Shown piece after piece: positions 58,755 through 64,000 of a stretch of DNA of 64,000 nucleotides (position 1 is the first letter of the stretch; each line of letters starts with the position of its first letter). The position numbers and the translations under genes are program-made. Origin of the DNA: Bacteroidota bacterium (GTDB lineage Bacteria > Bacteroidota > Ignavibacteria > UBA10030). The stretch spans positions 53,654-117,653 of the forward strand of contig JAKAJH010000004.1 of the NCBI GenBank assembly GCA_021813905.1, in the 5' to 3' direction. The notes beneath the pieces were generated by a model. That model had not been told where the DNA came from, did not search any database, and worked only from the letters and a program-made list of their open reading frames with translations.

Positions 58755-59318
58755 TCAGAGCATGGGGCGGATGCGGCGGACGATTTCGTCCACGGTGATA
58801 CCGACACGTTTCTTGTCGGCAGGGATGATGACGTCGGCCCGGGCGTAGAAAGGCTCGCGGCGAGAGAGAAGCTCCGTGATCCGATCCTCCAGAATCCCCG
58901 GCGGCAGCATTTCCCCTTCCTCATCCTTCAACATGGGGCGATCGGAGCGATGCCGTACGCGCTGGATGATCTCTTCCGGCGACAGCTGGAGGTACACGAT
59001 GATCCCGTGCTTCCGGATGAACGAGAAGTTTTCCTCGTTCGCAATCGTGCCGCCGCCGAGTGAAATCACCATGTGATCGTGATCAGCGACCTGCTCGAGC
59101 ACCGTCCGCTCGATCTCGCGAAAGCGCTCTTCGCCATCGGTCGTGAAGATCTCCACGATCCGTTTTTCCGCGTTGCGCTCGATAAGCTTGTCGATGTCGG
59201 CGAATTCGTACCCGAGCGTGTTCGCCAGGATCGGGCCGATCGTGCTCTTCCCGCTTCCCATGAATCCGGTCAGAAAGATCAGCGACTGATGCGCGTCCGT
59301 GGATCGTACCTGGGTCAT
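58755..59318 (-). CDS. aroK: Shikimate kinase
   Basis: IFLTGFMGSGKSTIG, DxD, LSPEEI motifs. Confidence 0.85.
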   Translation of the reverse strand: MTQVRSTDAHQSLIFLTGFMGSGKSTIGPILANTLGYEFADIDKLIERNAEKRIVEIFTTDGEERFREIERTVLEQVADHDHMVISLGGGTIANEENFSFIRKHGIIVYLQLSPEEIIQRVRHRSDRPMLKDEEGEMLPPGILEDRITELLSRREPFYARADVIIPADKKRVGITVDEIVRRIRPML

Positions 59319-59325
59319 GGTGTGT

Positions 59326-60063
59326 TCATCGGATCCGGAGGAGAACTCCGAGACTGAAGTTCATGCCGTCGACGACCACTTTCGACGCGATCGGGGCGGA
59401 CGAGAGCGTCCGCGTCCTGGAACCGACGGGAATGGATGTCTGATCGAACGAATTCTCCGTCCGGATTTCCGGATCGCGGAACCGGAGCGCCCCCTGCATG
59501 GCGATCGATGACGTCAGACGGTATTCCATGCCGATCCCGACATGAATGCCGAAGCCGACCGGCGTGTTGAGCGTCTTCGTCCCGACCGTACCCACCGTCA
59601 GCTCACGGACGCCGATATAGGCACCGATGCCGCCGCCCATCGTCATTCGCACCACGTCTGAACCGAGCGGAATGTACGCGTACGCGCCCAGCTCGATCGG
59701 GATGAAGCGAACTCCTTCCTGCACCGGAAGCAGCCGCACCGAATCGACGAAAGCAATCGGGCGAATCTGATCATGCATCGTGGCATTGTACTCGGACGAC
59801 ACGGCAAGATAGAACTGCTCCTCCGCGAGCATCAGGCGAAACTCGGCGCCGGCTCCGAGCAGCGTATTGTAGCTGTCATACTGCGAACGGGCGTCAGCGG
59901 TCGGTGCGTCCGGGGAGAGATAGAGCTTCGACGTGGTCGTGACGGTACCGCGGAGGAGCACCGCCAGTCGCCCGTCGGACAGCTGGGCCCGGAGCTTCGG
60001 CGCTCCGGCCGTCAGCAGCACGAACGGCAATCCGATCAGGATGGTTCGACGGAGGATGTGCAT
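59326..60063 (-). CDS. Outer-membrane beta-barrel protein
   Basis: Signal peptide, alternating-hydrophobic strands, C-terminal ...LLRIR (aromatic/basic terminus). Confidence 0.4.
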   Translation of the reverse strand: MHILRRTILIGLPFVLLTAGAPKLRAQLSDGRLAVLLRGTVTTTSKLYLSPDAPTADARSQYDSYNTLLGAGAEFRLMLAEEQFYLAVSSEYNATMHDQIRPIAFVDSVRLLPVQEGVRFIPIELGAYAYIPLGSDVVRMTMGGGIGAYIGVRELTVGTVGTKTLNTPVGFGIHVGIGMEYRLTSSIAMQGALRFRDPEIRTENSFDQTSIPVGSRTRTLSSAPIASKVVVDGMNFSLGVLLRIR

Positions 60064-60111
60064 GGAAAAAAAAGGCGCACCGCAGTGCGCCTTCCTGGAA
60101 CCCGGTGCTGA

Positions 60112-62220
60112 TCACCGGTAGAATTTGTCGCGGTGGTCGACGATGTCCGCTTTCTCACGGAGCTGATTCTGCCACTCGGTCAGGAGTCGGCTGCGTTTGT
60201 CCTGCAGGATCTGATTGCGGATCCCTTCCTTCTCGATGGCAAACTGGCTGGAGTCCAGCGTGCTCCGCGAGAGCAGCTTCAGAATATAGTATCCGCGCAA
60301 TCCTTCGAACGGCTGGGAAATCTCGCCCGGCTTCATCGCCATGGCCGTGCCGATGAACTTCAGATCGCGCCCGATGCCGGACGGCGCATCCGCCGGCTTG
60401 AACGGCCCGGTCGTCTGCACCATGGCATACGGATTCGATCGCGCGGCAGCGGCAAGATCGGCGGAGGGCGTCAGCGATTTCGCGAACTCCTCGGCCATCT
60501 TCCTCACCACATCCATCTTCTTCTGCCGGAGCGCCATGGTCTGCAGAATACCTTTCACTTCTTCGAACGGACGCAATCCTTCCTCACGGACACCGGAGAC
60601 CATGAACACGGCCACGCCGCCGGTCACAGCCATCGGATTGCTGATCGCTCCTTCCTTGTTCGCGAACGCATACGTGTTGACCGATTCATTGTATCCGATT
60701 CCCGGGACCATCCCGCCTTTCGTGAATTCCGGCGTCTCTCGTACCTGATACTTGCTCAGTTCGGCCGACTTATCGAAGCCCTCATCCTTGGCGAGATAAC
60801 TGAAGTCTTCCGCCTGCTTGTAGGCAAGATCGGTGGTCTGAGCGCTCGCCTTCACTTTCATCGTCAGACTGGCGATCTTCACTTCGCGGCGGTCGCGTCC
60901 GGTGACCTTGAGAATATGCCATCCGAATTGTGTGCGGATCGGTCCGACGATTTCTCCGACGCGCGCTTTGAACGCCGCATCTTCGAATGGCTTCACCCAG
61001 CGGCCGCGTCCGTTCCAGCCCAGATCGCCGCCCTGCATCGCTGAGCCATAGTCCTGGCTGTTCTGCCGCGCAAGTGTCGCAAAATCCGCACCGTTCCGCG
61101 CCTCCCGGGCCAGATCCCTGGCTTTCTGGATTGCTTTCACGCTGTCAGGACCCGACACGGCATTGATCAGAATATGACTGACACGAATGAAATCATTCTT
61201 CCCTTCGCGGGAGTCAAGAACCTTGATCAGATGAATTCCGTCGGCGTCCCTGATCGGGCCGACAATTTCGCCTTTTTTCGCCGCAAATACGGCACTTTCC
61301 TTTGCCGGGCTCAGTTCGCTGCGGTTGAAATACGCCTCCGTCACCGGCACATCCGAATACGTCTTGGCCAGTTCAACGAAATCCACACTCCCTGAAACGG
61401 CCTGCTCACGGAGCTTCGCCATTTCCTGTTCGACCTGGCTGCTGTCATCGGCCGAAGCCGCAAGGCTGAAGGTAACATACTTGAGCTTGCGGGACGCTTT
61501 CGCCTTGAAGTCCTCCGGATGACTGTCGTACTGACGGCGCAGATCGTCGTCGGTCACCGTGACCGCGGAATCCGACACAAGCCGGTTGGCATCAAACAGC
61601 GCATACTCCGCGTCCAACGTCAGGGTCCGGTCGGTGAAGACATCCCATGCTTCGTCGTCCGTCACGCGCACTGTGGCCATCAGGAGGCTCTGCAGCTTCC
61701 GCCGTTTTTGATCCTCGCGGATGGCATCTTCCACCTGCAGCCACGCCGTCCGATTCTGCGGATCCATCATCGCGCGCTCGTAGGCATCCCGGCGGAACGT
61801 CCCGGTGGAATCGCGGAACTGGGCCACCAGGAAATCGGGAGGGTTGGGACCGCGGACGATGTCGACGACTTCCTGGTCGGTCACCGTGATCCCGAGCCGT
61901 TTGATCTCCTGGTCGATCAGCATGTCGCTGACCAGCTGGTTCCAGACCTGGGAGCGGATCTGGCGGTCAGTTTCGTCATCCACGTCCGCGCCGGACTGTT
62001 TCTTCTGATTTTCTTCAGCACGGCGCACGAGGTCGGAGAATTCCCTGTAGTCAATCTCCTGCCCGTTCACGCTGCCGATAATCTCCATATTGCCCTGGGA
62101 CCGGCCCTTCCGGCCGCTCAGATCAAGGCCCCAGTCGAAGACGATCATGATAATGAAGAGCACGGCCAGAACGGCGAAGAGCTTGGCCATGTTGTTGCGG
62201 ATGTCGGTCATTAACGCCAT
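60112..62220 (-). CDS. PpiD/SurA-like periplasmic chaperone / peptidyl-prolyl isomerase
   Basis: N-terminal TM anchor, SurA_N-like region, PpiC-type rotamase motifs; about 700 aa. Confidence 0.65.
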   Translation of the reverse strand: MALMTDIRNNMAKLFAVLAVLFIIMIVFDWGLDLSGRKGRSQGNMEIIGSVNGQEIDYREFSDLVRRAEENQKKQSGADVDDETDRQIRSQVWNQLVSDMLIDQEIKRLGITVTDQEVVDIVRGPNPPDFLVAQFRDSTGTFRRDAYERAMMDPQNRTAWLQVEDAIREDQKRRKLQSLLMATVRVTDDEAWDVFTDRTLTLDAEYALFDANRLVSDSAVTVTDDDLRRQYDSHPEDFKAKASRKLKYVTFSLAASADDSSQVEQEMAKLREQAVSGSVDFVELAKTYSDVPVTEAYFNRSELSPAKESAVFAAKKGEIVGPIRDADGIHLIKVLDSREGKNDFIRVSHILINAVSGPDSVKAIQKARDLAREARNGADFATLARQNSQDYGSAMQGGDLGWNGRGRWVKPFEDAAFKARVGEIVGPIRTQFGWHILKVTGRDRREVKIASLTMKVKASAQTTDLAYKQAEDFSYLAKDEGFDKSAELSKYQVRETPEFTKGGMVPGIGYNESVNTYAFANKEGAISNPMAVTGGVAVFMVSGVREEGLRPFEEVKGILQTMALRQKKMDVVRKMAEEFAKSLTPSADLAAAARSNPYAMVQTTGPFKPADAPSGIGRDLKFIGTAMAMKPGEISQPFEGLRGYYILKLLSRSTLDSSQFAIEKEGIRNQILQDKRSRLLTEWQNQLREKADIVDHRDKFYR

Positions 62221-62458
62221 GGTGAGAACAACTCCTGCGTACTCGCGGTCGAGGGAATCGTGCGAAACATCGTGACGGTCAATATACCCCGCAAACGCTT
62301 GAAATGCAACGACTTTGTTGTTGACTTTCCCGCGACATTGGGTTATATTTTTCGTTGAAAATTTTGCAGATGCAGTGACGACCCCGTAAGCGCGAACGTT
62401 CTGCTTCGCGCTTTTCTTTCTGTCCCTTATCCTGTGTCAACGTTGGGAGAGTCTTGTT

Positions 62459-64000
62459 GTGAGAAATCAACTGACCCGCATCATCCTGATTCTTGCGGCC
62501 GTCGTACTCTCGATTGTGTTCCTCTGGCCCACCTACCAGGACTACAACTACCGTCGCCAACTCAACGCCCTCCATGGCCAGGATAGCGTGGCCTTCCTGG
62601 AGCAGCATCAGGACGACATCCTGAACGCCAAACTCAAGCGTATTAAGCTCGGCCTTGATCTCCAGGGCGGTATGCGCGTGGTGTTGGAGGTCAATATCCT
62701 CCAGTTCCTCGACGACTTCGCCAAAAATAAGGACGACAACTTCAACGCGATCATAAAGGAAGTCCGTGCAGAGACGTCCACGGGTGACGCATCCGTGATC
62801 CCCCTCTTTGTGAAGAAGTTCCAGGAGCGGGGGATCCGGCTGAGCCGCTACTACGGCAGCATTCGCGATGACGATGCGAAAATCGCCACCATGCTTCAGG
62901 ATGAAGCCGATAAAGCCGTCGACCGGGCTGTCGAAATCGTCCGCAATCGCGTCGATCAATACCACGTTTCCGAGCCGAATATCCAGAAGCAGGGAGGCCG
63001 CCGCATCATCGTGGAACTCCCCGGCGTGAAGGATGAGAACGAAGTTCGGCAGCTGCTGCAGGGCACGGCAAAACTCGAGTTCCGTCTTCTCAAGGACCCG
63101 CAGATCACGTACCGGGTCATGGAGACCATCGACAAGTACCTGACGGGCAATCTGGAGCCTGACACCGGCGCGGTCAAGAGGGAGCAGAAGAAAGAGGAAG
63201 TGCAGAAGCCGAAGGATGCCCTGTCCGAGTTGACCGGCGGCGCCGCTCCGGAAGCCACGGATACCACATCCGAGGCGAAGGTCCAGCGGGAACATCCGTT
63301 CTTCTTCTACGTCCGCCCCGACCAGCACGGCTCCGGAGACGGTTACGTCGACGCCAAAGATAAGGACCGCGTCGAACGGCTGCTCGCACGCCCTGAAGTC
63401 CAGAAGCTCCTGCCGCCCGATTTCGCCTTCGTGTGGTCGGCAAAGGCCCAGCAGTTCGGGGACGGCATCAAGCGGTACATCCTGTACGCGGTCCGCGCGG
63501 TGCCGGAACTGACCGGCGGTGTCGTCGTCAACGCACAGGCGAGCATCGATCCCGAGGATAACCGGCCCATCGTCAACATGGAAATGAACAACGAGGGCTC
63601 CCGCGAGTGGGCGCGCATCACCGGCGCCAACATCAACAAGCGGATTGCCATCATGCTCGACAACGCTGTGTACTCGGCGCCCGTGGTGCAGACGAAGATC
63701 ACCGGCGGCCGGTCGCGCATCACCGGCAGCGATACTCCCAACGAGGCACGGCTGCTTGAGATCGTGCTGAAAGCCGGCGCCCTTCCCGCACCGGTTTCGA
63801 TTATTGAACAGCGCTCCGTCGGACCGTCGCTTGGCGAGGACTCCATCCGCTCCGGCCTGTCGTCCACGCTGCTGGCGTTCATCATGACGGTACTGTTCAT
63901 GGTTGTGTACTACAACAGCGCGGGCGCTGTGGCGGATTTTGCGCTGCTCTTCAACATTCTGTTCATTCTGGGCGTCATGGCCGGCTTCCAGGCCACCCTC
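62459..64000 (+). CDS. secD: Protein translocase subunit SecD (5' part; runs off the window end), GTG start
   Basis: LGLDLQGGMRVVLEV, RIIVELPGVKDENEVRQLLQGTAKLEFRL, GPSLGEDSIRSGL. GGGAGA RBS 8 nt before the GTG; open frame to nt 64000. Confidence 0.85.
   Translation, partial: MRNQLTRIILILAAVVLSIVFLWPTYQDYNYRRQLNALHGQDSVAFLEQHQDDILNAKLKRIKLGLDLQGGMRVVLEVNILQFLDDFAKNKDDNFNAIIKEVRAETSTGDASVIPLFVKKFQERGIRLSRYYGSIRDDDAKIATMLQDEADKAVDRAVEIVRNRVDQYHVSEPNIQKQGGRRIIVELPGVKDENEVRQLLQGTAKLEFRLLKDPQITYRVMETIDKYLTGNLEPDTGAVKREQKKEEVQKPKDALSELTGGAAPEATDTTSEAKVQREHPFFFYVRPDQHGSGDGYVDAKDKDRVERLLARPEVQKLLPPDFAFVWSAKAQQFGDGIKRYILYAVRAVPELTGGVVVNAQASIDPEDNRPIVNMEMNNEGSREWARITGANINKRIAIMLDNAVYSAPVVQTKITGGRSRITGSDTPNEARLLEIVLKAGALPAPVSIIEQRSVGPSLGEDSIRSGLSSTLLAFIMTVLFMVVYYNSAGAVADFALLFNILFILGVMAGFQATL

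Noticed and set aside
62279-63328. 349-aa minus-strand ORF
   Set aside because: It is antisense to the secD reading frame, which has strong SecD motifs and is open to the window end.
1-64000. Searched for mobile elements, CRISPR repeats, tRNA/rRNA and defence islands
   Set aside because: I found no transposase/integrase/recombinase-like ORFs, no regularly spaced direct repeats, no cloverleaf-like intergenic segments (intergenic regions are mostly under 150 bp), and no nuclease/helicase/methyltransferase defence-type genes. The window looks like core chromosome.

Overview
This 64 kb window is high-GC (about 65%), very gene-dense and almost entirely protein-coding. I found no rRNA, tRNA, CRISPR array, transposase or integrase. 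Several lineage markers point to a high-GC member of the Bacteroidota / Rhodothermota / Ignavibacteriota-Chlorobiota (FCB) group. These are type IX secretion system (T9SS) C-terminal sorting tails (two proteins ending ...[21 protein letters not shown]), a SusC/SusD pair, a gene for ribosomal protein Thx preceded by a TTG / TAnnTTTG promoter, and many 4TM-His_kinase + LytTR two-component genes. Gene content in order is as follows.

- 1..900: a partial tandem universal stress protein.
- 1038..2978: transketolase.
- 3009..9095: a phosphoester-scavenging neighbourhood. It holds a GlpT-like MFS transporter, an inorganic pyrophosphatase, a P-loop kinase operonic with a secreted 5'-nucleotidase, and a PafA/NPP-type alkaline phosphatase.
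- 9125..13432: MscL with an odd C-terminal Cys4 tail, a DUF3078 outer-membrane protein and a secreted M3 oligoendopeptidase.
- 13695..16611: a four-gene, translationally coupled module of two LiaF-like membrane proteins, a 4TM histidine kinase and a LytTR response regulator.
- 17137..26017: a PLP decarboxylase, an M2 (ACE-like) lipoprotein peptidase, a creatininase-family protein, YccF, an SDR epimerase, a pyrophosphate-dependent phosphofructokinase and a haem-binding-domain protein.
- 26103..30826: DUF3108, L-2-hydroxyglutarate oxidase, Thx, DinB-like, ApaG and a serine hydrolase.
- 31026..34721: a TPR-protein (TatT)-associated TRAP transporter.
- 34988..36472: a B12-binding radical SAM protein, followed by an unusually long non-coding gap that hides a 38-aa hydrophobic micro-ORF.
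- 37198..42531: a striking block of two paralogous histidine kinases, three LytTR regulators and one secreted HEAT-repeat protein.
- 42819..46945: a SusC/SusD pair with no glycoside hydrolase nearby, sitting directly downstream of that block. Its leader carries repeated CGTTC motifs.
- 47087..52466: an OmpR/HK pair, an LpxH-like phosphatase and PBP1A.
- 52550..57510: two tandem paralogous GHL10-family + T9SS-tail secreted proteins.
- 57648..64000: aroB, aroK, an outer-membrane beta-barrel, a PpiD-like chaperone, and the 5' part of secD.

The candidates for an undescribed system, in my ranking, are these. First, the expanded LytTR signalling cluster wired to the SusC/SusD pair. Second, the LiaF-like/LytTR envelope module. 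Third, the radical-SAM / micro-ORF locus. Fourth, the duplicated T9SS-secreted GHL10 proteins. All functional calls rest on motif-level recognition by eye. None has been checked against a database.
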